Origin: an uncultured Verrucomicrobiae bacterium
GTDB lineage: Bacteria > Verrucomicrobiota > Verrucomicrobiia > Chthoniobacterales > JAFAMB01
Length of the DNA stretch: 64,000 nucleotides
Direction: 5' to 3'
Assembly: GCA_963782115.1 (NCBI GenBank)
Contig: CAWAIK010000003.1
Span: forward strand, 448,001 to 512,000
This document shows, piece by piece, positions 51,821 to 63,159 of this stretch. Position numbers and translations under genes: made by a program. Within the stretch, counting starts at the first letter, position 1. Every line of letters starts with the position of its first letter. Below the pieces are notes generated by a model that ran no database searches, had not been told where the DNA came from, and worked only from the letters and a program-made list of their open reading frames with translations.

Positions 51821-53009
51821 TCACGCACCCACGTTCTCGGCTACGTAGGGCTTGACCATCTTCGCGGGATCGACGACACGATCGAACTCACCTTCCGTCA
51901 CGAAGCCGAGTTTCAGTGCGGCATCCTTCAGTGTGAGGTCGTTGTCCATCGCGTAGTGGGCAATCTTTGACGCTTTGTCGTAGCCAATGACCGGCGAGAG
52001 CGCCGTCACGAGCATCAGGGAGCGATCCACATACTCCTTGATCTTCTTTACATTTGGTTTGGTGCCCTCGACCAGGAACTTACCGAAGTTCGTACAACCG
52101 TCCGTGATGATCGTGATGGAGTGGGTGATGTTAAAAATGATCAACGGCTTGTAAACGTTCATCTCGAGATAACCACCGGCGCCGCCGAAACCCACCGCCA
52201 CATCGTTCGCCATCACCTGCACGGCGATCATCGTCAGCGCCTCGGCTTGCGTCGGGTTCACCTTGCCCGGCATGATTGAGGAGCCCGGCTCGTTCTCAGG
52301 GATTAGTAGCTCGGCGAAGCCAGCCCGCGGGCCGCAAGACATCAGCCGGATATCGTTGCCGATCTTGTAGAGCGACACGGCCAGCGTGCGCAACGTGCCG
52401 GAGAGCTGGACCAGAGCGTCGTGGGCGCCCTGCACCGTGAACTTGTTCGGTGCACTGACGAACGGCAAACCCGTGAGCTTGGCGATCTCGGCCGCGGCCG
52501 CCTCGGCAAAGCCGGGCGCCGAGTTGATCCCGGTGCCCACGGCGGTGCCCCCGAGCGCCAGCCGATAGACTCCTTCTAGCGCATCTTCGATTCGCTCGAG
52601 ATTGTCCGCCAGCATGCCCGTATATCCCGACCATTCCTGCCCGAGCGTAAGTGGTGTCGCATCCTGCATATGGGTCCGGCCAATTTTGATGATGTCTTTC
52701 CACTGCTCAGCCTTTGCCTCGATCTGGTCGTGCAGCGCCTTTACCGCCGGAATCAACCGTTGCTTCACATTGACCGCTGCCGCGACGTACATGGCAGAGG
52801 CAAATGAGTCGTTGGACGACTGGGCCATGTTGACGTGATCGTTGGGATGAACCGGCTTTTTGCTTGCCAGGGGCGTACCGGCAAGCTGACAGCAGCGGTT
52901 GGAGATCACCTCATTGACGTTCATGTTAAACTGTGTGCCGCTGCCTGTCATCCACACATGCAGAGGAAACATGTCGGGATGCTGGCCGGCGAGGATCTCG
53001 TCGCAAACC
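51821..53009 (-). pseudogene. fumC: Class II fumarate hydratase lacking its N-terminus
   Basis: [25 protein letters not shown] and [11 protein letters not shown]; homology starts abruptly at VCDEILAG near 53009. Confidence 0.9.
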
Positions 53010-53672
53010 TGATAGGGCGCGTTGTTCGTCTTCGAGCTTGGCGCGAACGGCTTTACATGCCTTGACCAGTTTGTCGAACGGATCTAGTCCGAATGGTCGG
53101 AACGCGACATTGGTCTTCTCGGTGAGATACACGGCGGCGCACTGGGAGTCGAAGACGCTCACACGGGAAATGAAATCATCTTCCGTGTTTCCGGCCCATT
53201 CGCGCGAACTAGGTTCGGCACCGACTTTATATTGGATCGCGACCACGGGTGCCAACGGCGCAACCTCCGAAACGACATTTCCCAGAATTTTCTCCCGGCC
53301 GCGCGCGCTGCAGGCACTCTTGAGGATACGGATATACCCAGTCTTACCAGCGGCGTTGTCGCCGTAGACCACTGTCAGATTGGGTCCGAACTTGAGTGTT
53401 TGACCTTCCGCGAGTGCGTTGACTCCTCGGTGATGAAAGATCGAAACGAGCGACACAGGCGCAGCCCCGGCGGTCTTGTCGGGCACGTGATCCTCGGTGA
53501 GCGGATCGACTACCTGCTGGTCGACCAATCCGTACGCGCTCTTGCAGATATCTGTAAGAGCCAGTATATCGCTTTCCGAGAGCTCGCCGTTTGACACAAG
53601 GCGGCGCAGCGCATCGCGCTGCCAGGCCGGCCGGTCTTTTGACCATTCGAGTATTTGTTGCAGGACCGTCAT
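53010..53672 (-). pseudogene. AAA/ABC-type ATPase N-terminal fragment joined to fumC
   Basis: W..RP.WQRDALRRL, VNALA and Walker A VYGDNAAGKTG. Confidence 0.75.
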
Positions 53673-55863
53673 TCTAGTTTCGATGATTCGCGTCCGTTAG
53701 ACCCTTATATCAATTCACATGGAAAACACACGCAGGGTTTTTCCACAGGATAAATTTCCAGGCCATATCGCCCTGCAGCAGCCTGTCGAAATCTGAAATC
53801 GGAGGCACCCCTTGTTCATAGCGGCCACACGCAGCTCGTTCTTGACGTCGACAGTTGTGAACTTAATTACTTCAATCAGACCGACCAGAGCTTTCTAAAG
53901 CGAATAGTCGACTCGATCTCCAGGGAGAATTTCAGCAGAGCGAATAAGAAGCTTCCTTAAGTCTCTTGTTGCTTTCCGTCACCGTCCTTGAAAATGGAAC
54001 TTGATGCGGCCGAATCAAATCTTTCGGAGATCCTGATCACCAGGAATTAGCCTGAGCCCGCAATCTTCAATGCCACAGTGCCCCTGGGTGAGTCGATCTG
54101 TAAGGGGCGTGCCAGCCGTTATCGATCCCAGAGCAGGCCGAGCGGAATCGCCGCGCCGCAAATGAATGGTGCGCGCTCAAACCGCGTTATACTGGGATTC
54201 TTCAGATCCCCATGGAAAGGCAGACGATGATCAAAACACATGGAATATTTGTAGGTAGACCGACGACAAAAAACTACTGTTTTGATTCCACTCGTTTCCA
54301 CAGATCGCTACCCTGATGGAAATTCCCCAGGGAACACCATGGAAAATAGCGGAAAATAGAACCCTGAAACCGGGTTCAAGCCCCCCCCGAGCACGTGGCT
54401 TAAATCTATTCCAGTTCTAAGTGGCTTATACTTAGACACTTATGACAATACATCTTTTTACGTAAAAAACGTAATACATTAATTTTTTCCATTTTTTTGG
54501 TCGTCACAACGACGAAAAGTCACAACCGAGTAAAAAGTTGTCATAGTCAGCGTGGACCTTTTTCCCCTTTTTGCGCATCGCCATTGGTAGATTGGAAGGT
54601 TTGATAAGCGTTCGATCGGACTTGATGGAGTGCAGGTCGCTGCGAATTGCACTGGAGGGATGACAAAGTCTGCAGCATTCTTTTTCGACCCACTTCCCGC
54701 CGATTAGCTGCGCTCTACGCGGACCTACAGTTGAAGAAGGCTCGCTCGTCGCCGCGTCTCCTCAGAGCGCTTGCCTCAGGGGGGAACAGAACTCTGCGCT
54801 TGGTGACCTGCAGGTCATCTGACCCGCTCCGCTTGTCGTCCTCAGGCCGGACAGGCCGACAATCCCCATTTGAGAGCGGCCGCTCGCCTTCCTGCTGGCT
54901 TCGCCCGAGTTGCGATAAACGCGCTTTCGATCACATGTCCACATACGTCGGCTCAAAAATGACGCTTCAAGATGCTTAGGAAGCTAAACCAGCACACAAG
55001 TGACTCTAGATCACTTTGTCATGGTTCAAATCCATGCGAGGCCGAATATACTGATGCTCAATGGCTTACGAGGGACAAAGAGGTGTCACTAATGGCTGCC
55101 CTTTTGAAATAGTCACAGCACGATCACGGCAAAATTTCAGGAGAGAGCTTTTTCACGATGTGCCTAGGTTACTGGCGAAGTTCATAAGTTCCTCCTGCAT
55201 CTCCTCTGTTGCCTTCTCGTACCATTCGATTGATCTCTATCGATGCCCTGGTGGAAGCTTCTTACGTTCCTTAGTTTGTTCCTGAACCTTGTGGGAGTGT
55301 GGCTCTTTTTTTCTACGTCCTACCTCGACGCATCAGAACAGGTGGTACACTTGGCTTTTGGCAAAGTTCCGACCCAGATCAAAAACCCCATTCGATTGGA
55401 AAGACTTTGGGACACTCTAAGCACAATTGGACTAGCCTGCGTCATCATTGGAATTCTCCTCCAGGCTGCAATTGTCTGGAATCATAGCCAGGGCAACAAA
55501 AACCCTGGCAGAATCTCGTCACACAGGACCATCGCTGTTCGATTTAAAAACAGGATCAAAAACTCTGCTGATGTGTCAACGGCATTCGCAAAATTGCCTT
55601 GCCTAACGCATATGAAACCAAATAGAGAAAAAATAGAAACTGAAGACCTGGTAAAGGAAAGACTGCCTCTTACTAAATGGGAGCTAACTCCAAAAGAAAA
55701 AGAGGATTTTGATAGGGTTATGCGGCTCATTTTTGATGCCGCTAGCATTCTGCGCTACGATCTAGAATTAGGAGAAGATGCTATCGGGAAAACCCTTAAA
55801 GAGTTAGCCGATTGGGCAACAAATTGACTAACACCGGCGCTCTGCCGTCGGCATGTTGTGTCC

Positions 55864-56064
55864 GATGGGATCAACCTAATGGTTGGGACCGGCGTTGCCG
55901 GCGGGTTGTCGACGTTTTCGAGTTTTGCTTACGGGACGGTCGTGTTAATGTCAGGTTCGGCGGCAAGCGTAGTAGTTGCCTCCGCCTACGTCTTAAGCAG
56001 CTTGTTCCTAGGCTACGTCGCCGTAGTTTGCGGCCAACAGGTTGCGAGGCGATCGTTCCGTTGA
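55864..56064 (+). pseudogene. Fluc/CrcB fluoride channel C-terminal fragment
   Basis: GTGVAGGLSTFSSF signature. Confidence 0.75.
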
Positions 56065-56169
56065 GTCGGATTGTCGGATCACAGGGTTGCAGGTTCGAGG
56101 CCTGGTCTTCGGTCTTCAGGCGGTTTCCACCCTTCCAAAGTCCGCGAACACGAACGGGTAACCGTCTTT

Positions 56170-56383
56170 CATCTGGATATTTGTAGGGAATCTTTCCGCC
56201 CAACACTTTGCGCCATTCATAGAAACCATCGACTGGAATCAGGCCTCGGCGTTTCTTGAAAGCCTCCCGGTACGATGGTGCGGTGTCGACGGTTTCAACC
56301 CGGGCGTTTATGGTCTTGTACGCAATCTTTTCATTCCTTCGACCATGATGGAATGAGACCCCATTTGAGAGCGTCGGCCGCAC
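56170..56383 (-). pseudogene. SOS-response-associated peptidase (SRAP) fragment
   Basis: TINARVETV...YREAFKKRR.LIPVDGFYEW. Confidence 0.8.
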
Positions 56384-56501
56384 AAATCGTCCCGGAACTG
56401 GCGATTTTAGCTATCCAAGAACGTCGCTGTTGGTGCAATGAACTAACCACTCTACGTCCACCCGCCAACTGAACAGGCGGGGACGCCTGCTCCTTGGCGT
56501 C

Positions 56502-56834
56502 TCAGTCCTTTGTCCCCGCCTCCGTCAGCGTCCGTGCAGCGATCGCCGACGCGGAGATTGCCGCAGGGAAGCCGGCATAAAACGCAACATGCGTAATGAG
56601 CGCCGCCAGTTCGTCGCGAGTTACGCCATTGTCGCACGCTCGCCGCAAGTGGGCAGGTAACTGCTCCGGCCGATAGAGTGCGACCAGCGCGGCGACCGTG
56701 GCAATGCTCCGATCGCGCGGGCTCAACGCCGGATCGGCCCACACGTCGCTGAAAAGCGGGTTATCGACGAGTGCGGTGAGTTGGGGGGTGAAGGCATGGG
56801 CCATTTCCCGTGGCGATGGCTCTGGCTTGCTCAT
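56502..56834 (-). CDS. Carboxymuconolactone decarboxylase family protein
   Basis: LFSDVW..P.LSPRDRS.ATVAAL and THVAFYAGFP. Confidence 0.88.
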   Translation of the reverse strand: MSKPEPSPREMAHAFTPQLTALVDNPLFSDVWADPALSPRDRSIATVAALVALYRPEQLPAHLRRACDNGVTRDELAALITHVAFYAGFPAAISASAIAARTLTEAGTKD

Positions 56835-57191
56835 CGTAGGACATCGCACATTATAAATGAATAGGAGAGCCCCGGTTTTTAACGTCCTTCCGGCGGGTCA
56901 AACACTTGCTCATGAGACGCAAAGAAACTCTTCAACGAAGCGATCGCAGAGTTGATTGCCAATGGGGATCTCTGGGAACTTCACGATGCTCTGGTTTCAC
57001 AACGCCCACTTTGTTCCCGTGGCCGGGTCGGTAAGGAACGGTCTAGCCGGAGGCTACGGAGCAATGGGCGTCTGGCCAATCAGGAACTCGTTTGCAGAAG
57101 TCTGGGCCTGGTTGGAATGTCACGCATTCCTGCTTCTTGACCACGAATCCGCCACGCAGCTAAAAATAAACCGAGGTTGCTTATGCCAATC

Positions 57192-58160
57192 ATGAAGGCG
57201 GTAGTCATTCACGAACCTGGGGGGCCGGAGGTCCTGAAGGTCGAGAGCATTCCGATCCCCACACCACTTGCGGGGCAAGTATTGATTCGGGTTAAGGCCT
57301 TTGGGATCAACCGCTCAGAAATGTTCACTCGGCAGGGCCACTCGCCTGGAGTGAGATTCCCGCGAGTGCTTGGGATTGAGGCGGTTGGCTTGGTAGAAGA
57401 GGTTCCCGGAGATGAGTTTCGTAAAGGCGATATAGTCGCAACTGCGATGGGAGGCATGGGTCGTGCCTTCGACGGAGGATACGCCGAATACGCGTGCGTC
57501 CCTGCCGCTCAGGTGCAGGCAATTCAAACGAGACTCCCGTGGGAGATCCTGGGAGCGATACCAGAGATGTTGCAGACCGCCTGGGGCTCTCTCTTCAAGT
57601 CGCTTGGTTTAGCAGAAGGCGAACGGCTGCTGATCCGCGGCGGCACGACATCGGTCGGACTTGCTGCGGCGGCCATCGCGAAGAACCATCGGGCCTTCGT
57701 CGCAGCGACCACTCGCAATCCGGGCCACACCGAACTGCTGCGTTCAACCGGTGTGGACGATGTCATCGTGGATGCCGGTTCCATCGCGGACGAGGTCCGG
57801 CGCAAATTTCCCGGAGGCGTCGACAAGGTGCTCGAGATGATCGGAACCGTGACGCTCGAGGACTCGTTGCAGTGCGCGAAGCAGGGCGGCATTGTGTGCA
57901 TGACCGGGATTGTCGGAAACAAGTGGTCATTCGATCAGTTCTCGCCCATGGAGGCCATTCCCACGGCAGTTTGCCTGACGGTGTACGCCGGCGACTCGGA
58001 GGACTTTATGCGGACGCCGCTCAATGAACTGGCCAGGCAGATCGAGGCAGGCAGGCTTTGTGTTCAGATAGCAAAGACCTTTCATTTGGATGATATCGTG
58101 CTGGCTCATCGCCTGATGGAAGAAAACAAAGCCGGTGGAAAGATCGTTGTTCTCACCTGA
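57192..58160 (+). CDS. MDR-family quinone oxidoreductase-like dehydrogenase
   Basis: PGGPEVL, VKAFGINRS, DGGYAEY, LIRGGTTSVG and GKIVV. Confidence 0.9.
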   Translation: MKAVVIHEPGGPEVLKVESIPIPTPLAGQVLIRVKAFGINRSEMFTRQGHSPGVRFPRVLGIEAVGLVEEVPGDEFRKGDIVATAMGGMGRAFDGGYAEYACVPAAQVQAIQTRLPWEILGAIPEMLQTAWGSLFKSLGLAEGERLLIRGGTTSVGLAAAAIAKNHRAFVAATTRNPGHTELLRSTGVDDVIVDAGSIADEVRRKFPGGVDKVLEMIGTVTLEDSLQCAKQGGIVCMTGIVGNKWSFDQFSPMEAIPTAVCLTVYAGDSEDFMRTPLNELARQIEAGRLCVQIAKTFHLDDIVLAHRLMEENKAGGKIVVLT

Positions 58161-58191
58161 GCGTGCCTGCCGAGCCGAAACAAAATACCTC

Positions 58192-58398
58192 TTACCCCAG
58201 AGCTTCCTTGCTTTCGAAATGGTAGTAGAGCGCTCCCTTCGTGACGTTGGTGGCGGCCAGAATTGCATCTATTCCGGCACTCTGGAAGCCGTGTCTGTAA
58301 ACTTCGCGAAAACCCGCTTGCAGCAAGCGTTCCCGCGTCCGCTCAGGATTGCGCAGCCTCGGCGCTCTACGTTTTGGATTCTGGCGTGCCACCAACAT
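58192..58398 (-). pseudogene. TetR regulator, HTH only
   Basis: TRERLLQAG...GIDAILAATNVTKGALYYHFESKEALG, then stop. Confidence 0.75.
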
Positions 58399-58736
58399 AC
58401 CAACCCTTATGTATGTTAGCTTTCACGGTGTCAAGAGAAGGATCATCATCCGGGTTTTTGTAGGCATTTGTCGCAAAACTCTCGGTTTTGGTAGATTCTC
58501 GCGTCAACCCACCCACCCCACCGCTTTGCACCAATTCGCTAATCACGTCTGCCCGTTGACTGTGGTAGTAGCTTCATTCCCAATTTGACCATGCCCGTTG
58601 GTCAGTGCTCAAACTCATGAAGCCCATTGGTCATCCGAATGCTATTGCAGATTTCGTATGTCCGCGCAGAGGGTTGCTCGATCTTCGAAGGTGACTGATG
58701 CAGACAATTCAATAGATTCCGGAAGGAAGGCATAAC

Positions 58737-58994
58737 ATGCTGAACCTCAGTTTCCGTCGCCTCAGGGCACGATTTACGCTGCTGGCTGTAGTTGCTTTAT
58801 CCGCGCTGCTGTTGCGTTCTGTGGCATTCGCTCAGACCTCAGTATCAAACGGCAGCATTTCTGGCACGGTGACTGACACCACCGGGGCAGTCGTTCCCAA
58901 CGCCAAAGTCACCATAACCGGGCCCACTGGGCAAACCGTTCGCGCCAACACCAGCGACGCTGGAACGTATTCTTCCGGCGCTCTGATTCCGGGC
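58737..58994 (+). pseudogene. TonB-dependent receptor N-terminus, interrupted by an IS end
   Basis: Signal peptide plus GSISGTVTDTTGAVVPNAKVTIT carboxypeptidase-regulatory-like domain. Confidence 0.75.
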
Positions 58995-59350
58995 TGTCCT
59001 CCGCAAAAAAATAGGATCCCACGATTTTGGCCAAAGCCGGAAGGGATTTGTGGCATGATTGCGATGCCATGCCTGCTGCCCGCATCTTCTTTCAGTTGAT
59101 CGCTGACTTCGTCGTCTATCTCGGTCTACTCATCCGGCCGAGAAAAGCGATCGCCGCTGAGAATCTCTTTCTACGTCGGCAGCTCGCACTGTACCAAGAG
59201 CGCAAAGTGGGCCCGCGGCGAATCGATCCCGCGTACGCGCATTACGTTGGCTCTGCTCTCAAGATTATTCAACTGGCGCGATGCGCTCATTGTGGTTCAA
59301 CCGAAGACGTTGATTCGCTGGCATCGAGCCGGGTTTCGACTTTTGTGGTA
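58995..59350 (+). mobile_element. Remnant left end of an integrase-core (IS481/IS3-like) IS
   Basis: Starts TGT; AAENLFLRRQLALYQER, then after a frameshift WRDALIVVQPKTLIRWHRAGFR. Confidence 0.7.
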
Positions 59351-59410
59351 CATTGGACGACAACTTACGCGGGCCTGAATTGGGTGGCTCGAGTTTCGAG
59401 CCCTGCCCTG

Positions 59411-60742
59411 ATGACCAACGATTTGCCCGCTACCGCCTCCACCCCGCCAGAGACACCGGCTGAGGATGCCTTGCCTGTTCGACAACGTGCTACCGCCGCC
59501 GAAACGCGCCTGACTCCCGCTGAGTGGGGACTGCTTTCCATCCTGACGTTGATGCAGTTCAGCGTCACCATCGACTTCATCATCATCGCGCCACTCGGTC
59601 CGCAGTTGATGCACGTGTTCGGGATCGACACCGCCCAGTTCGGCCGGACTGTGGCCGCCTATGCTTTCGGTGCGGGGCTCTCCAGCTTTTCGGCGGCGTT
59701 CTTTCTGGATCGTTTTGATCGCAAGCGCGTTCTGCTGGTGCTCTTCACCGGTTTCACGGTCGGTACGTTTTGCTGCGCGTTGGCACCAGGGTACCATGCG
59801 ATGCTCGCGGCCCGATTCATGACGGGGGTCTTCGGAGGCGTTTGCGGCGGCGTGGTGCTGGCCATCGTGGGAGACGCTATCCCGGAGATTCGCCGCGCTA
59901 CGGCGATGGGTACCGTGATGAGTGCCTTTGCCTTGGCGTCCGCGCTCGGGGTGCCCGCCGGGCTGTGGATGGCCGAGCGCGGCTGGCACTGGCCATTCTT
60001 GATCCTGGGGATCCTCTGCGCGGTGATCATCCCCTTTGCCATCTGGCTATTGCCGCGCTCGGACAGTCATTTGCGTCAGGCGGCGAGTACCGAGTCCGCC
60101 GGTGAGCGGATGTGGGCGATCCTGGCGAACGGCAAGCACCTACGTGCTTTCAGCCTGATGGCTGGGCTGACGACTGCCGGGTTCATGGTGGTGCCGTTTA
60201 TCAGCACGTTCATGGTACGCAACGTCGGCATGACCGAGTCGCAGCTCAAATACATCTTCCTCAGTGGAGGTCTCTGCACGCTGTTTTCCATGAACCTGAT
60301 CGGCCGCCTCGCGGACATGTACGGACGCATGCGGCTCTTCACGATCATGGCGATCCTTTCGTCGGGTGCCGTGTTATGGCTGACGCATCTCAGCTCAGAG
60401 CCGATCCTGCTCACTGTCGCGGTGACCAGCGTGTTCATGGTCACGATGACGGGGCGGTTCGTCCCGGCCATTGTGATGATCACTGGCAGCGTGGAAGCCC
60501 GGCATCGGGGCGGCTTCATGAGCCTGAACTCCTGCGTGCAGCAGACGTTCTCGGGCCTCGGGACGAGCTTTGGCGGCTACCTGATCATCGACCAGGTGCG
60601 CCAGCCCTTGCAAAATTACGGACTGATCGGCTGGATCGCACCTGGGATCGCTATCGCCTGTATCGGATTGGCCGCCCGCCTACGTCGGCCACCTGCCTCG
60701 GCGTCTTCGCCTGATGCCGCGACTGCGGAAATCATGGGGTGA
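59411..60742 (+). CDS. MFS transporter
   Basis: DRFDRKRVL motif A, ARFMTGVFGG and GRLADMYGR; the ORF-track extension to 59027 is IS-derived. Confidence 0.88.
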   Translation: MTNDLPATASTPPETPAEDALPVRQRATAAETRLTPAEWGLLSILTLMQFSVTIDFIIIAPLGPQLMHVFGIDTAQFGRTVAAYAFGAGLSSFSAAFFLDRFDRKRVLLVLFTGFTVGTFCCALAPGYHAMLAARFMTGVFGGVCGGVVLAIVGDAIPEIRRATAMGTVMSAFALASALGVPAGLWMAERGWHWPFLILGILCAVIIPFAIWLLPRSDSHLRQAASTESAGERMWAILANGKHLRAFSLMAGLTTAGFMVVPFISTFMVRNVGMTESQLKYIFLSGGLCTLFSMNLIGRLADMYGRMRLFTIMAILSSGAVLWLTHLSSEPILLTVAVTSVFMVTMTGRFVPAIVMITGSVEARHRGGFMSLNSCVQQTFSGLGTSFGGYLIIDQVRQPLQNYGLIGWIAPGIAIACIGLAARLRRPPASASSPDAATAEIMG

Positions 60743-61028
60743 GTGACCACCCCACGGCGGGAGTTGATTCTTGCCGCGGCTTCTCTGTAGGCTGCCCTCA
60801 TGTCAGCCCCGTTGCTCTCCCAACCCAAGCGCCTGCACCAGATGAACCGCTTGGAGGACGTGGGGCCCTTTCCCGGTGGTGGTTTAAATGGGAGCAACGA
60901 CCAAGGTGACGGTCTCATGCTGGCGATCCCGGCTTACGCCGTTGAGCTGTTTCGGTACCGGGGCACGGCTAAGGATGGCGGAACGCTTGAATACATCTTT
61001 GAAACCGATCGACTAGACCTTCGGGCGA

Positions 61029-61163
61029 CTGAAAGGGACCCAAGCCGTGAGGGCCAAAGAAAACTAGGCACGTATCGAATTGGCCAAGCGCCTCTTCAAT
61101 TGCGGGCTGCCAAGACTCGCCGGGGATCAGATTCCAGTCGTCCAACCAGCAGGCTAGACCTGA
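61029..61163 (-). pseudogene. TIR domain fragment
   Basis: GLACWLDDWNLIPGESWQPAIEEAL...CLVFFGPHGLGP. Confidence 0.75.
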
Positions 61164-61164
61164 G

Positions 61165-61290
61165 CACCAAGATCGGTATGCGGAGGCCGAGTCTCTTTTT
61201 AAACGAGCGCTGGAAATCCGGGAGAAGGCTTTTGGACCAGAACACCCGGACATAGCATGAGTCTCAACAGCTTGGGTGCGCTTCGTGCGC
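61165..61290 (+). pseudogene. TPR repeat fragment
   Basis: QDRYAEAESLFKRALEIREKAFGPEHPDIA; this frame is not in the ORF track. Confidence 0.75.
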
Positions 61291-61370
61291 GCCAAAGCCG
61301 ATTTGCAGAGGCAGAGTCCTTATTTAACTGGGCGCTGGCATGGATCGAAAGATTTTGTTCGATATTTTGG

Positions 61371-62932
61371 GGCACTCCGCTGTCTTCTGTGGATAGCTTA
61401 ATTGGGTAGGTTTAGCCACGTATAGCGCTACGCTACGCCTGTTCAAGGTCGAATCCGGCATAAACGGCCTCCTCCCCACTTCGTGGGTCCCCTCCATTTA
61501 TTCCGTTTCTCGCTTGAGCAGGCTTCGCTCCGCGCTGGGAAGGTTACTGCCTTTTGCGTTCGATAGCCCTTAGCTCGTTCCTCGCTACGGTCTCTCAAGC
61601 GCAAAAACTGTTGGTACTTTGTTCGGGGAGCAAAACAGGGGGTGGATTTGCATTTTGAGTGACCGTGGACTCAATAAGAAGGATGACACCGGAGGAACTT
61701 TTTACCGCAGCACTGGGATTGGGTCGCCAATGGCGAGTAGCCCAATGCCGCTTTGAGGGAGAACCGAAACGCTTGGAATTGCGACTCGAGCACGTGCCCG
61801 GGGAACATTTCGAGTGTCCGGTCTGCAAAGACTTGTGTGGAATTCACGACACGATCGAACGGCGCTGGCGGCATATGGACTTTTTCCAATATCGCTGCGA
61901 ACTGGTGGCTAGAGTGCCACGCACTTGGTGTCGCAAGGACGGGGTCCATCAGGTGCAGGTGCCCTGGGCCCGAGAAGGCAGCGGTTTCACCCTGATGATG
62001 GAAGCGCTCATGATGCTGCTCAGCGCGGAGATGCCCGTCGATGCGATGGCCGATTTGCTCGATGAGCACGATACCCGTCTGTGGCGAGTGTTGATGCACT
62101 ATGTGGAGCAAGCACACGCCAAGAGCGACTGGAGGGCCGTCCGACGGATTGCCGTCGATGAGACCAGTGCCCGGCGCGGGCACCGCTACGTGACCAATGT
62201 GCTGGATGCCGAGAACTCACGTTTGCTCCTCATGGTCGAGGGACGCAGCGCAGAGGCCCTCGCGGCCTTTGCCACGGCGCTGGTCGAGCACGGTGGCGAT
62301 CCCTCCCAGATCGAGGCGATTGCCATGGATATGAGCCCTGCCTATGTGAAGGGAGCTACGGAATATTTTCCTGGTGCCAGGATCGTCTTCGACAAGTTCC
62401 ACGTCATGGTACTGGCCGGCGCAGCATTTGATAAGGTGCGCTACGAGCTTCAGCGCGAGGGAGCCGATCTCAAAGGAGCGATGTGGAGCTTGCGCGGCAA
62501 CACTTGGAACCTCAGTGAGGATCGTCAAGAGCAACGTAAAAATCTCTGTCGTCAGTATACCAAACTTGGCCGTGCGATGAGTCTGCGTGAGACTCTCCAA
62601 GCCATTTACGCAAACTCTGACCGCCAGGTGGCCGAAGCTGAACTTCACTGGTGGTGTGGCTGGGCCGCGCGCAGTCGCCTCAGCCCCTTCCGCGATTTAG
62701 CCAAGACCGTTCGCAAGCATTGGGAAGGGATCCTAGCCTACTTCGACACCCGACTGACTTCCGCAGCCATCGAGGCCGTAAACGGCGTCATCCAACTAGC
62801 CAAACGAATGGCGCGCGGGTTTAGAAACTTCGTCTACTTCAGAACCGCCGCCTATCACCGAGCCGGTAAGCTCAATTTGGCTGTCCCAACTATGACTTAA
62901 TTCGAACTATCCACAGAAAACAGCGAAGGAGC
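61371..62932 (+). mobile_element. Complete ISL3-family insertion sequence
   Basis: Imperfect 26-bp IRs at 61371-61396 and 62907-62932; 8-bp target duplication TATTTTGG at 61363-61370 and 62933-62940. Confidence 0.95.
61659..62900 (+). CDS. ISL3 transposase
   Basis: CPVC zinc finger, VPWA, IAVDET, AMDMSPAY, VFDKFHV, EAVNG and ARGFRN. Confidence 0.95.
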   Translation: MTVDSIRRMTPEELFTAALGLGRQWRVAQCRFEGEPKRLELRLEHVPGEHFECPVCKDLCGIHDTIERRWRHMDFFQYRCELVARVPRTWCRKDGVHQVQVPWAREGSGFTLMMEALMMLLSAEMPVDAMADLLDEHDTRLWRVLMHYVEQAHAKSDWRAVRRIAVDETSARRGHRYVTNVLDAENSRLLLMVEGRSAEALAAFATALVEHGGDPSQIEAIAMDMSPAYVKGATEYFPGARIVFDKFHVMVLAGAAFDKVRYELQREGADLKGAMWSLRGNTWNLSEDRQEQRKNLCRQYTKLGRAMSLRETLQAIYANSDRQVAEAELHWWCGWAARSRLSPFRDLAKTVRKHWEGILAYFDTRLTSAAIEAVNGVIQLAKRMARGFRNFVYFRTAAYHRAGKLNLAVPTMT

Positions 62933-63159
62933 TATTTTGGCATCCCGAGTCTTTTAACCCTTCTCCAGCTTCACCCCATCCGCGCTCGAACTTGGCCAAG
63001 GCGACAAACTTAGGTCAGTAGTCGCCCTACCAATTAGCACCGGCGGCCTTCACGAAATAAAAATCATCTGATAGATTTTCGCTGACGGCAAGGCTTTGCC
63101 GTGGTGCCATCTGCCTTCGCACTTGACGCGGGCCAAGTCCCCGATCGTAGAGTACGGCC

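Noticed and set aside
53700..55830. Short ORFs, including 55243-55827, as a defence system
   Set aside because: No motif I can recognise and the frames are interrupted; a profile search would be needed before any call
59027..60742. 571-aa ORF as a novel transposase-MFS fusion
   Set aside because: The upstream part is a frameshifted IS remnant that happens to be in frame; the MFS has its own ATG at 59411
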